Notes: generated from the sequence alone by a model not told the origin. 64,000 nt of DNA from Candidatus Woesearchaeota archaeon (GCA_964514585.1 CAZETU010000002.1:32001-96000), one strand, 5' to 3'. Positions 9,675 to 18,717 are shown, counted from the first letter of the stretch. A program made the numbers and translations.

Positions 9675-10457
9675 TTAATCTTTCCAGGCGATGTCGAACA
9701 TGTATGCGAGGGATGTTGTGAAGAATGGTGAGTTGATCCATACTCCGTAATCGAAATCCTCGTGGACGTTCGTTGGCTTGATTGTGAAAATGAGTTCTGT
9801 TTTGTCGGCGATGACGAATCTTGCGTGGATAGGACGTGATTTTATTTCTGCTCCGAATTTTTTTGAAAGTTTTCTTGCTTCGTCTTCACCGTCGGCAATC
9901 ATTACTTTAACATCTACTTTTCTTTTCTTTAATTTTACGAAGGCGTCTTTGAACATTTTTTGTTTTGATAAAAGTTCGTAGGATGAAGATGTTAAGTGAA
10001 TTGTCTTTTCCGCGTTTTCCATGACGTTTCGCATTTGGAGATAAAGGTTTGATCGGCCCTTGATAGAAGTTGAAAGTTCGTGGTTTTTGATTGGTTCGAC
10101 GCCGGTTTTGTGGAGTTGTTCTAGTTCTTTGTATTCGGTTGTGTCTTTTAGATTTGATAATGTTTTGATTTTTTCTTCTGCAGAAGTTGTGGTGTTATTC
10201 TTTAATTTTTCGATTACGATTTCTGGCTTTACAGCGATGTATTTTACTGGCTTTCCTAATTTTTGGATTACGAAGCCTCTCTTTTCTAGAGATTCTAATA
10301 CGTCGTAAGTTCTTGATCTTGGGACGCCTGATATTTCTGCGATTTCTCCGGCTGAGCTAATACCTTTGCTAAGTAGGGCGAGCCATACTTTAGTCTCATA
10401 GATATTAAGGTCGAAATACCCTTTCAATTTTCTGATTAATTCTGGTTTTGCTATCAT
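9675..10457 (-). CDS. TrmB family transcriptional regulator
   Basis: LNIYETKVWLALL..AGEIAEISGVPRSRTYDVLESLEKRGF; C-terminal PLD-like sensor domain. Confidence 0.9.
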   Translation of the reverse strand: MIAKPELIRKLKGYFDLNIYETKVWLALLSKGISSAGEIAEISGVPRSRTYDVLESLEKRGFVIQKLGKPVKYIAVKPEIVIEKLKNNTTTSAEEKIKTLSNLKDTTEYKELEQLHKTGVEPIKNHELSTSIKGRSNLYLQMRNVMENAEKTIHLTSSSYELLSKQKMFKDAFVKLKKRKVDVKVMIADGEDEARKLSKKFGAEIKSRPIHARFVIADKTELIFTIKPTNVHEDFDYGVWINSPFFTTSLAYMFDIAWKD

Positions 10458-10567
10458 TTTAGTACTACTTTAGAATAAAAACTTCTTTTATAAACTTTTC
10501 TATTATGTTGTCTTTTAGAAGGAGTTACAATAGGCAGTTTTAAATATTGTTGTTTTATTGTTTTGTT

Positions 10568-11044
10568 ATGAAATTTGAGTATATTTTGGTATACCTGATT
10601 GGTTTTCTTAGTTGCACGTTTTTATTTTATGGGTTTGCTTATTCTGGCACGGAAGTTCCTTTTGCTACTGGGCTTGTTAGTTTTAATGGCGAGGCGCCTT
10701 CGGACTGGATTAGCGAGGACGATATTATTTTATTTGAAGATATGATTATTCTGAATATTGATAATGCTAGTATTTCGAGTTATGCGCCGACTGGGAGTAT
10801 GAAGCCGGTTTTAGATAAGGGTGCTAATGGGATTCGTGTTGTTCCTTCAAGTGAGGATGAAGTCGAGATTGGTGATATTGTTAGTTTTAGATTTAGTGGG
10901 AAATTGGTTATTCATCGTGTTGTTGAGAAGGGAGTTGATGAGGAGGGAGTTTATTTTGTGACGCAAGGGGATAACAATGTTTTGAGTGACGGTAAGATTC
11001 GGTTTGAGGATATCAAGTACGTTACTGTTGGTATACTTTATTAA
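10568..11044 (+). CDS. S26/Sec11-like signal peptidase I homolog
   Basis: TGSMKP, GDIV, IHRV, TQGDNN motifs. Confidence 0.75.
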   Translation: MKFEYILVYLIGFLSCTFLFYGFAYSGTEVPFATGLVSFNGEAPSDWISEDDIILFEDMIILNIDNASISSYAPTGSMKPVLDKGANGIRVVPSSEDEVEIGDIVSFRFSGKLVIHRVVEKGVDEEGVYFVTQGDNNVLSDGKIRFEDIKYVTVGILY

Positions 11045-12003
11045 ATTCTTAAAATTAATTTTGCGAGTATCATTCCTAAGAAAATTCCTGTTGAGATGTA
11101 TGGCATTGCTGGATATGCTTTTCCTTTTTTTGTTACTGTGAATAAGAAGATTAGTCCTGCTAATGCTCCGAATGTTACAAATAGTGCTGGGATTAATCCA
11201 AATGCTCTCATGAAAACTCCTGCCGTTATTATTGGGAAAATTACGTCGCCTCCTCCAAGGATTGCTAGATTGACTTTGAATTTTTGTTTCTTTATTTTGC
11301 TTGGAATTTTTTTGTTCTTGTATTTCGTTTTAATCTTTTGTATCTTATCTTTTACTTTTTTTGATGTTGATGGGATTAGAAATCCGCCGAATACTTTTAT
11401 TTCTTCCATTTGAAATTTTGCCATTTGTTGCATGATGCCGGATTTCCAGACTGCCCACATGTCGTAGAGCGAGATTAGGATTAGTAATATGATTGCTGAT
11501 AGTGGGGTTAAAATTGGGACGAAGACGGCCGCGATTCCTGGGTAGATTAGAAGTTCAGTTCCGTTGTGGACTATGACGTTTGGTCTGAATATTTTTAGGA
11601 GGGAAAGTGGAATTGCAATTACTAGTGCGATTATCGAAGCGTTTAGTATTGTTGTGTATCCTAGGATTGCGTTTATTGAGATTCCTAGAGCTAGGGCTAC
11701 GACGAAGAAAAACCATAGTCGGATTACGAGCTTCCATTTGTATTTCATTAGAAGGAAAATTACTGCGAAGGCTAGTACGAATGCGAAGATTATTGATAGG
11801 AAATTTGGAGTTGGTTCGTTTTGTGGTGTTTGGAGCCCGAATGGTAATCCGCCGTCTGTTATGATTGTTTCGATTTCTCCTGTTTGTGGGTTGATTATTG
11901 TTGTTTCTTGTGGGGTGTAGGCGTTAACTACGAAGAGTCCGATGAACTGTGTTATGAGGAACATTCCTATTAGAATTAGTGTGATAGATACTTTGTGTTT
12001 CAT
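11041..12003 (-). CDS. Presenilin-like intramembrane aspartyl protease
   Basis: Multi-TM; YD motif (SLYDMWAV), GxGD (LGGGD), PAL-like PAMP. Confidence 0.85.
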   Translation of the reverse strand: MKHKVSITLILIGMFLITQFIGLFVVNAYTPQETTIINPQTGEIETIITDGGLPFGLQTPQNEPTPNFLSIIFAFVLAFAVIFLLMKYKWKLVIRLWFFFVVALALGISINAILGYTTILNASIIALVIAIPLSLLKIFRPNVIVHNGTELLIYPGIAAVFVPILTPLSAIILLILISLYDMWAVWKSGIMQQMAKFQMEEIKVFGGFLIPSTSKKVKDKIQKIKTKYKNKKIPSKIKKQKFKVNLAILGGGDVIFPIITAGVFMRAFGLIPALFVTFGALAGLIFLFTVTKKGKAYPAMPYISTGIFLGMILAKLILRI

Positions 12004-12083
12004 CCTCTTGTTGTGTTAGGCTTTGTCGGTATATAAATGTTCTTCGTGGAAAAATTTATTAATTGTCGATTATTGATAGTTTT

Positions 12084-12509
12084 ATGAAAGCTTTACTTTT
12101 TCATGCTGAGGAGTATGGGGTTAATTTTCATAGTCTTTCGAATAGGCCTAAGGGAATTTTTCATGAGAAGGTTGATGGGAAAGAGAAGCAGTTTTGTAAG
12201 GATTGCGTTGTGGCGTTTGTGACGGTTGAGAAAGGGGATAATTTTGATAGGACTTCTACGGGTGTGGCTAAAGAGATTAAGAAGATGTGTGATGAGGTTC
12301 GACATGAGAGCGCTGTTATTGTTCCGTTCGCGCATTTGTCGAATAAGCTTTGTGAGCCGAAGAGGGGTTTTGAGATTTTGGAAGAGATTGAGAAGAAATT
12401 AAAGAAAATGAAAGTTGATGTTTTGAGGACGCATTTTGGTTCGAATAAATCTTTGCATTTGGATATTTATGGGCACGCTGGGAATGCTAGGTATCGGGAA
12501 TTTTATTGA
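12084..12509 (+). CDS. Free-standing archaeal threonyl-tRNA synthetase editing domain
   Basis: MKALLFH, VEKGD, IVPFAHLS, FG...L.I.GH motifs. Confidence 0.8.
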   Translation: MKALLFHAEEYGVNFHSLSNRPKGIFHEKVDGKEKQFCKDCVVAFVTVEKGDNFDRTSTGVAKEIKKMCDEVRHESAVIVPFAHLSNKLCEPKRGFEILEEIEKKLKKMKVDVLRTHFGSNKSLHLDIYGHAGNARYREFY

Positions 12510-13036
12510 TGGGGTTTGATCTTGAGAAACATAATGCTTTGACTAAGGATGATAAGTCGCATGAGCAAAAATGGGATGAGAAGATTAAGGGGCTTTGTGA
12601 TAAGATAAATTCTAGTGAAGATTATTTTACGACGTCGTCTTGTTCGGGTCGGGTTACTGTGGTTCGGGCTTCAGTTGAGAAGGTTAAAGATGCTTTTGTG
12701 TTTAAGTCGCATGACAAGGCTTGTGTTTCGGACGTTGAGGGGATTTTAGATGATGGACTTTATTTTCGTCAGGAGCCTTGTGCTTTGCATGTTGCTTGTC
12801 GAACTTTGGAAGATGCTCAGAAATTTTTGAATCTGGCTCGGAATTTGGGATGGAAGAAGTCTGGGATTATTTCGTCTGGGAAACGGTTTGTTATTGAGTT
12901 GTTTTCGACTGAGATGATTGTTGTGCCGTTGATGAAAAATATGGATAGAGAATTTTTGGAGTTGGTTGTTAGGGATGCTAATTTGAAATTGGAAAGGACT
13001 TGGGGGAAGATTTTGAGGTTGGAGGAGGAGGCTTGA
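12509..13036 (+). CDS. tyw3: tRNA wyosine methyltransferase Tyw3/Taw3
   Basis: KINSSEDYFTTSSCSGRV; LHVACRTLEDA; GWKKSGI. Confidence 0.85.
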   Translation: MGFDLEKHNALTKDDKSHEQKWDEKIKGLCDKINSSEDYFTTSSCSGRVTVVRASVEKVKDAFVFKSHDKACVSDVEGILDDGLYFRQEPCALHVACRTLEDAQKFLNLARNLGWKKSGIISSGKRFVIELFSTEMIVVPLMKNMDREFLELVVRDANLKLERTWGKILRLEEEA

Positions 13037-13095
13037 TTATGGTTGACTTAGATCATTTAAGGAATTTTTAAATAATATATTTACTTTTACTTTTT

Positions 13096-13434
13096 ATGAT
13101 GTTTGATAATAATGATGTGCCAGAAATTCGTGAGGTGCGGATTAAGCAATCGCAGGGACTTTTGAGTTATTTGTCTGAGGAGTTTGGTGATGGGATTGAT
13201 AGAGTTGCGGAAAGAACTGGTGTTGGGCATGATACTTTGAATAGTGTTGATAAAGGGCTGGGGCCTTTGGCAATAGGACAAATGAAAGATATCGCTGAAG
13301 CCTATGGTTTTAGTTTTAGTGAATTATTGGCACTTTCTTTTGATCATGATTTTCCTGATGCGGATAGAAATGATCCTATCTATAAGGGTCTTATGGGGGT
13401 TTTGTTTCATCCGGTGCACTATGGTTGTGATTAA
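13096..13434 (+). CDS. Accessory protein with possible XRE-type HTH
   Basis: IDRVAERTGVGHDTLNSVDKG..IAEAYGFSFSELL resembles an XRE HTH. Confidence 0.45.
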   Translation: MMFDNNDVPEIREVRIKQSQGLLSYLSEEFGDGIDRVAERTGVGHDTLNSVDKGLGPLAIGQMKDIAEAYGFSFSELLALSFDHDFPDADRNDPIYKGLMGVLFHPVHYGCD

Positions 13435-13435
13435 G

Positions 13436-13480
13436 TTTATCTCAACCTAATTGTTTCTAGGTTTTTTGGGACGATTGTCT
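13436..13480 (-). pseudogene. 45-bp copy of the aCPSF1 3' end
   Basis: 42/45 identical to 14176-14220; the three differences are synonymous (TIVPKNLETIRLR*). Confidence 0.9.
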
Positions 13481-13485
13481 GAGAG

Positions 13486-13531
13486 GCTAATTTGAAATTG
13501 GAGAGGATTCGGAGGAAGGTTTTGAGGTTGG
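13486..13531 (+). pseudogene. 46-bp copy of the tyw3 3' region
   Basis: 41/46 identical to 12977-13022; all differences are transitions. Confidence 0.85.
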
Positions 13532-13651
13532 GGAGTCGATTTAGAGAAAGATTGGAAGTTTGAGTTTTGGATGCTACTGTTGTTTTATTAAAGTAACTTA
13601 ATAGTGGTAACTAATCGAAAAGTTTATAAATAGATATTTGTATTTTATATT

Positions 13652-14122
13652 ATGACAAATCAAAGTAAAGTTAATGATCCAAGGATGTGGATGAAATGGA
13701 AAAATTCTGGGGCGGTTGGGACTATCGAAGATGCAATTTTAACAGTGATGCAAAGAGACAGGGTGCAAAGATTTGAACGTGTTAATGAGCGTGAAAACTC
13801 AGATATGCATTCTTCTGACTATGTTCATTATGTTTTTCAAATTGAAAGTGTTCCAGGGGTTGGGCGAGTAGTTTTTAGACAAGGTGGTACAGCAGCGACT
13901 TATTCTTCAGAAGAAGGACCATATTGTGAAAAATTTACTTCTGCAGATGCAAATGTTGCCGGAATTGCAATCCCAAAAACACGAAAAGTAAATTATGATG
14001 GAAATGGGTTTATTCCTATTTCATTGTTTGATGAAAGAAAAGATGCGGGGTTGATTGAAAAAGTGCAAGCATTTCTAAAAAAAGAAAAAGGTGTTACTGG
14101 AACGATTGCGTTTCAGACTTAA
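13652..14122 (+). CDS. Orphan accessory protein with NQSKxNDPRxWxKW leader
   Basis: 156-aa ORF with its own BRE/TATA (atcgaaaagtttataaa); N-terminus shared with 48058..48393. Confidence 0.7.
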   Translation: MTNQSKVNDPRMWMKWKNSGAVGTIEDAILTVMQRDRVQRFERVNERENSDMHSSDYVHYVFQIESVPGVGRVVFRQGGTAATYSSEEGPYCEKFTSADANVAGIAIPKTRKVNYDGNGFIPISLFDERKDAGLIEKVQAFLKKEKGVTGTIAFQT

Positions 14123-14176
14123 TGATTTGATATTTGAATCGGGAACACCAATGGACTATATGTAATAAATGCTGAT

Positions 14177-16066
14177 TTACCTTAACCTGATTGTTTCTAG
14201 GTTTTTTGGGACGATTGTCTCGATTCTTTGGGATTTGTAGATGCTTGAGGCTAAGTCTAGGGCTCGGGATTGTTCGCCGTGGTTTATGATTACTTTTCGT
14301 GGTTTTGGGTTGATGTGACTGATGAATGCCATTAGTTCGTTTCGTGAGGAATGGCCTGAGAATCCGTCGATTGAAAGGAATTGCATTTTGATTGGGACTG
14401 TTTCATCTTTACCGTTTACGTTGAATGTTGCTTCTTTTATTCCTTGTTGGAGTTGTCGGCCTAGTCCTCCTGGTGGTTGGTAACATGATAGACATAGTCC
14501 GTTGTTTGCGTTTGGGGCGAATTCTCTTAGGTATTCGACTGAAGCTCCGCCGACAAGCATACCTGATGTTGCTAGGATTATGCAGGGGCCGCCTTCGATT
14601 ATTTGTTTTCGTTCGTGAGGTGAGCCGACTTGTGTAAAGATTTCTGATGTGAATGGATTTTTGTCTGCGAATATTGAGGATCTTAGGGAGTTTGATAGGA
14701 AATCGGGGTATGCAGTGTGGACTGCGTTGATATGCCAAATCATCCCGTCTATGTAGATTGGAACTTTTGGGACTTTTCCATTTCGCATTGCGTCTTCAAG
14801 AAGTAGCATTTTTTCTTGGGCGTGACCTGTTCCTAATTCTGGAAGTAGAACTTTTCCGCCTTCGCCTATTATTTTATTTACGAAGTCGAGTAATTCTTGT
14901 TCTGATTCTTTTCGTGGTGGGTAGTTGTTGTCTTTGCCGCCGTATGTTGATTCCATTTGTAGAGTTTCTAGTCTTGGGAAGTATGTTGTTGCGCCTTCAA
15001 GGGATCTTGATTTGCCGAATTTGATGTCGCCTGAGTAGATGTAGTTGTGGAGACCGTTTCCGATGTTGAAGTGAATCATTGCTGAGCCTAGAGTGTGACC
15101 TGCGTTGTATAGCGTGATTCTGATGTCTGGGGTGATGTCGGTTACTTCGGTGTAGTTTAGGGTGATTGAGTGTTTGACCATGTTTCGGACGTCTGAGGAT
15201 TTGAAGAGTGGGGCTGCTGCTTGTTTGTATGCGACGCCGATGAAGTCTAGTGCCATTAGTGCTGAGATGTCTCGTGTTGGGGCTGTCATGTATACTGGGC
15301 CTTTGTACCCCATTTTGTATAGGTATGGGATTAGTCCTGAATGGTCTAAGTGGGCGTGGGATAATATTACGGCGTCTAGAGTTGAGATGTCTAATTCTGG
15401 GGCTTCTAGGTATGGGTATTTGTCTTTGCCTTGACTTGAGACGTCTACCCCACAATCGATTAGGACTTTTGAAATTGGAGTTTGCAATAAGAAACAACTA
15501 CGACCGACTTGTCTGCCGCCACCTAGGGCCGTGATTCTGACCCATTCTTCGATTTTGTCTGGGTTCCATTCTTTGTAGATTTTTTCGCCGATGTTGTTTA
15601 AGAATTTTTTTCGGTATGAGTTGTCTTGGTATAGAACTTCTCGGATTTTGTCTGTGATTTTGGATTTTATTGCTGGGGAACGTTGGACTTGTGGGGTCCA
15701 CATTGTTGCCGTTTTGATTTCTCTTAGAAGCGAGCCGGCTTTTCCGATTGCTAGGCCTGGTCTTTTTGCCTCTATGATTACTGTGCTTCTTTGTGGGTCG
15801 AAAATTATTTGTGTTAGTTCTGCTTCAGATGGAACTATTTCTTGGATTTTTCTCTCGGTTTCTTCCTGTGGCATTAGGAGGGATTTGTCTGATCTTAGTT
15901 CGATTCGTTTTTTGATTATGTTTACGACTTCTTTTATTGCTGAATCGCCGTTTTTGAAGAATGCTGTATCTGAAGTGTAGACTACAATGTTTGCGCCTTC
16001 GAAGATTGTCGAGCTGACGACACCTCGCGGTAGCTGGTCTTCAATTGTTTTTAAGATATCTGCCAT
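14177..16066 (-). CDS. aCPSF1 beta-CASP ribonuclease (KH + MBL)
   Basis: N-terminal KH domains; LGGGRQVGRSC; SHAHLDH; MESTYGG; FSGHS. Confidence 0.95.
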   Translation of the reverse strand: MADILKTIEDQLPRGVVSSTIFEGANIVVYTSDTAFFKNGDSAIKEVVNIIKKRIELRSDKSLLMPQEETERKIQEIVPSEAELTQIIFDPQRSTVIIEAKRPGLAIGKAGSLLREIKTATMWTPQVQRSPAIKSKITDKIREVLYQDNSYRKKFLNNIGEKIYKEWNPDKIEEWVRITALGGGRQVGRSCFLLQTPISKVLIDCGVDVSSQGKDKYPYLEAPELDISTLDAVILSHAHLDHSGLIPYLYKMGYKGPVYMTAPTRDISALMALDFIGVAYKQAAAPLFKSSDVRNMVKHSITLNYTEVTDITPDIRITLYNAGHTLGSAMIHFNIGNGLHNYIYSGDIKFGKSRSLEGATTYFPRLETLQMESTYGGKDNNYPPRKESEQELLDFVNKIIGEGGKVLLPELGTGHAQEKMLLLEDAMRNGKVPKVPIYIDGMIWHINAVHTAYPDFLSNSLRSSIFADKNPFTSEIFTQVGSPHERKQIIEGGPCIILATSGMLVGGASVEYLREFAPNANNGLCLSCYQPPGGLGRQLQQGIKEATFNVNGKDETVPIKMQFLSIDGFSGHSSRNELMAFISHINPKPRKVIINHGEQSRALDLASSIYKSQRIETIVPKNLETIRLR

Positions 16067-16078
16067 TTTAATTAGTGT

Positions 16079-16723
16079 TTAATCAAGTTTCCAAATTTTT
16101 TGCTCTATTTTTTCTACTTTTTCTGGGGTTATTGTCCATATTTCATATCCAATACCTGATGCTGGGTCTCTTCCGGATGAGCCGATTATACATTTTCTTG
16201 CTAGTTCTATTCCTTCTTTTAGTGAGATGTCTTTTTTGTATTCTGTGTCTAAAATTGCGTTTACGTGCATCATTCCCGATCCGTCAATTTTGTAGTCTTC
16301 TATTTTTTTTAATATCCCATCTGCTGTGACTTGGTAGAATAGGGCTTTATTGTTTTCTCTTCCTGCAATTAGAAATCCAATTGCTATTCCTGATTGAAGT
16401 GATTGTAGGGCCATTGCTGAGAATAAACTTGCTATTTCTCTTATTGTACTTTTTTGTTTGTCTCGCATTTCTTTAATTTTTATTTGAGCTTTTGCTGTTT
16501 GAATTGCTCTAAGTGCGAATGTTGCTGTTCCAGCTATTGTTAGAATTATGTTTTCATTAAATTCTTTTATTTTTTCCATTTCTCCTGCAATATAATGAAC
16601 TCCACCTCCTTGATCTGCGAAAGTTCCTTTTTTATCTGCTGCTAGAACTATTCCTTCTTTCGTTACAATACCGAGCGTTGTAGTGCCGGTTTTTAGCATA
16701 TGTTTTTTCGAATCTGCGTCCAT
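16079..16723 (-). CDS. psmB: Proteasome beta subunit
   Basis: Propeptide then G|TTTLG..GIVLAADKK; GSG; RDPASG. Confidence 0.9.
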   Translation of the reverse strand: MDADSKKHMLKTGTTTLGIVTKEGIVLAADKKGTFADQGGGVHYIAGEMEKIKEFNENIILTIAGTATFALRAIQTAKAQIKIKEMRDKQKSTIREIASLFSAMALQSLQSGIAIGFLIAGRENNKALFYQVTADGILKKIEDYKIDGSGMMHVNAILDTEYKKDISLKEGIELARKCIIGSSGRDPASGIGYEIWTITPEKVEKIEQKIWKLD

Positions 16724-16843
16724 TTTAGAATCAAGAGAATATCTCTAGAATTTATAATAATAGTTGTTTTGGTTTATTTAAAAGGTTTTTGGTTGGGGTC
16801 TTAGCTTGTAAACTCTTATAAATGGGCTTTTCGTGAGGATTTC

Positions 16844-17248
16844 ATGGATAATTATGAGGCGTTATTGGATGAGGCGTATGAGACCGTTCAGCCTGTTACT
16901 GAGTGCGAGAGGTTTGAGGTGTTGAGAGTTAAGGGGCATCACGAGGGAATTCGGACGATTATTTCGAATTTTTCGCAGGTTGCGTTGTGTCTTAGACGGA
17001 ATCCTGAGCATTTGATTAAGTTTTTGAGTAAGGAGTTGGCGAGTTCTGCTGAGATGAAGGGAGATAGGTTGGTTTTGTCGCGGAAGCTTACGAGTAAGGA
17101 TATTAATGAAAAAATTGCGAAGTATGTTTGTCGGTTTGTGCTTTGTCCTAAGTGTAAGAAACCGGATACTGAGTTGTGTGATGAGGGGCAGAAGTTGTTT
17201 TTGAAGTGTCTTGCTTGTGGAGAAAAACATGAGGTACACAAGATTTAA
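16844..17248 (+). CDS. eif2b: Translation initiation factor aIF-2 beta
   Basis: YEALLDEAY, LRRNPEHLIKFL.KEL, CPKCKKPDT, CLACG. Confidence 0.95.
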   Translation: MDNYEALLDEAYETVQPVTECERFEVLRVKGHHEGIRTIISNFSQVALCLRRNPEHLIKFLSKELASSAEMKGDRLVLSRKLTSKDINEKIAKYVCRFVLCPKCKKPDTELCDEGQKLFLKCLACGEKHEVHKI

Positions 17249-17275
17249 ACAAATTAAATAATACAGGAGGAAAAA

Positions 17276-17491
17276 ATGGCGGTAACGGGATATTGTATGA
17301 AATGCGGTAAAGAGAACAAAGAGAACGGTAAGAATAAACCTATGACTGAAGCTAAGATGACTATGACTAGTCGAGGCGGATTCATGGCTAAAGGTAAGTG
17401 TGGTGTTTGTGGCTCTGGTATGTGCGCAATTATGTCAAAGGTCAATGCTGAGAAGGCAATGGCTGATGGTGATGCTGAAAAAGCATTTTAG
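17276..17491 (+). CDS. Small Zn-ribbon protein (DUF5679-like)
   Basis: YCMKC...AKGKCGVCGSGMC; strong SD (aggagg). Confidence 0.7.
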   Translation: MAVTGYCMKCGKENKENGKNKPMTEAKMTMTSRGGFMAKGKCGVCGSGMCAIMSKVNAEKAMADGDAEKAF

Positions 17492-17508
17492 TTGATTTTA
17501 TTTTAACG

Positions 17509-17534
17509 ATTCCCTCGCAAATTTGTGAGGGAAT
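17509..17534. terminator. Hairpin downstream of the Zn-ribbon gene
   Basis: attccctcgcaa-at-ttgtgagggaat inverted repeat with one G.U pair. Confidence 0.5.
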
Positions 17535-17570
17535 TTAATATTTTTTAGAATTTTAAAAAAAATGGAAGGA

Positions 17571-17636
17571 TAACGACCGAGGCCGTTAACCAACCGTGCT
17601 TGACCGAAGTCAAACGGTATTCAACCGAAGTTGAAT
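17571..17636 (-). other. Three tandem hairpins with UUCG/CUCG tetraloops (candidate structured RNA or REP-like element)
   Basis: Minus strand: ATTCAAC-TTCG-GTTGAAT, ACCGT.TTGAC-TTCG-GTCAA.GC.ACGGT, TAACGGC-CTCG-GTCGTTA. Confidence 0.6.
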
Positions 17637-17721
17637 GATTATTTTTGGATGTTTTGGTATTTAAGGCTTTCCGAGAGGGGATTTTTGTCTATAATTTTAT
17701 AAAGGTATTTTTTGTAATTTT

Positions 17722-18036
17722 TTGATGGGAGAGGAGAAAGTTTTGGTGAATGTTCATGAGTCTTATCGTTGGGTTGTTGGGGTTTGTGATGAGGATATTT
17801 ATGGTCGGAAGTTGAAGGATGGGAAGCGACAGTTGGATTTGACGGGGCCTTTTTTTAAGGGGAAGGCTATGAGTTTTGATGAGGCTCGGGATGAGATTGT
17901 ACGGTGTGCTCGTGAGGATGCGACGTTTAATTTTGCTGGGAAGAATTCTGTTCGGATTGCTAGGGAAGTTGGGGCGGTTAAGGACGAGGGGATTGTGGAG
18001 ATAGAGGGTGTTCCTTTTGCGTTGGCTCTTTTATAG
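17722..18036 (+). CDS. DUF424 family protein
   Basis: VVGVCDEDIYG, FFKG, ATFNFAGKNSV, IEGVPFA. Confidence 0.8.
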   Translation: MMGEEKVLVNVHESYRWVVGVCDEDIYGRKLKDGKRQLDLTGPFFKGKAMSFDEARDEIVRCAREDATFNFAGKNSVRIAREVGAVKDEGIVEIEGVPFALALL

Positions 18037-18071
18037 AATAGTTTTATATAGGGAATTATTTTCTTTTAGTT

Positions 18072-18428
18072 ATGGCTTTTAATAAATTTAAAGATAAATC
18101 GAAGAAGAATAAGGCGAAGGTTTATGTGCCTGGGCAAGAGGGGCCGGTTAGGGTTAAGTTGCCGCAGGGTCGTGAGGTGATTGGAATTATTGCTCAGAGA
18201 TGTGGCGGGAGTCGGATGCAGGTTTCTTGTATGGATGGGAAGACGCGGAATTGTAGAGTTCCTGGTAGGAAGAGACGAGGGCTTTGGCTTCGAGAGGGTG
18301 ATGCTATAATTATTGAGCCTTGGGAATTTGACGACGATAAGGGTGATGTTTTGTTTAAGTATACTGATAATCAGGTTCGGAAGTTGAAGGAGATGGGGAA
18401 GTTAAGTACGGATGAATCGGAATTTTGA
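18072..18428 (+). CDS. eif1a: Translation initiation factor aIF-1A
   Basis: CGGSRMQVSCMDGKTRNCRVPG..R..LWLREGD.IIIEPWEF..KGD. Confidence 0.95.
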   Translation: MAFNKFKDKSKKNKAKVYVPGQEGPVRVKLPQGREVIGIIAQRCGGSRMQVSCMDGKTRNCRVPGRKRRGLWLREGDAIIIEPWEFDDDKGDVLFKYTDNQVRKLKEMGKLSTDESEF

Positions 18429-18525
18429 TTTCTAGCGACAACTTCTTGGTAAAAAATTTCTCATGTGCGTTTGCACACATCGAAATTTTTTACGCTGCGA
18501 ATTTGCCTGCTAGAAATCAAAATTC
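18420..18525. mobile_element. 106-bp nested palindrome (MITE/REP-like)
   Basis: Perfect 17-bp terminal IR (gaattttgatttctagc / gctagaaatcaaaattc), inner perfect 12-bp IR (gtaaaaaatttc / gaaattttttac), central 5-bp hairpin. Confidence 0.65.
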
Positions 18526-18569
18526 GGCTTGAGGGTTAGGATTATAAAGTTATTTTTGTTTGTTATGTT

Positions 18570-18689
18570 ATGAGAAATGTATTAGTTCAAAATATTCGAA
18601 AGATTAAGAAGGCTGTGCCTGCGATTGAGAATAAGGTTAAGGTTGGTTTTTTGAAGGACGGGGTTAGTAATTTAGAAAGAAGTCGTTGA
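18570..18689 (+). pseudogene. Truncated duplicate of the KH gene 5' end with its promoter
   Basis: 18570-18668 matches 19436-19540 except two synonymous changes and an in-frame 6-bp deletion; attataaa lies 29 bp upstream of both ATGs. Confidence 0.9.
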
Positions 18690-18717
18690 TTTAGTAATAG
18701 GAATAGGTTTGTTATCT

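Noticed and set aside
11041-12003. GxGD protease as the prepilin peptidase
   Set aside because: The YD, LGGGD and PAMP layout matches the presenilin/SPP clan rather than PibD/ArlK.
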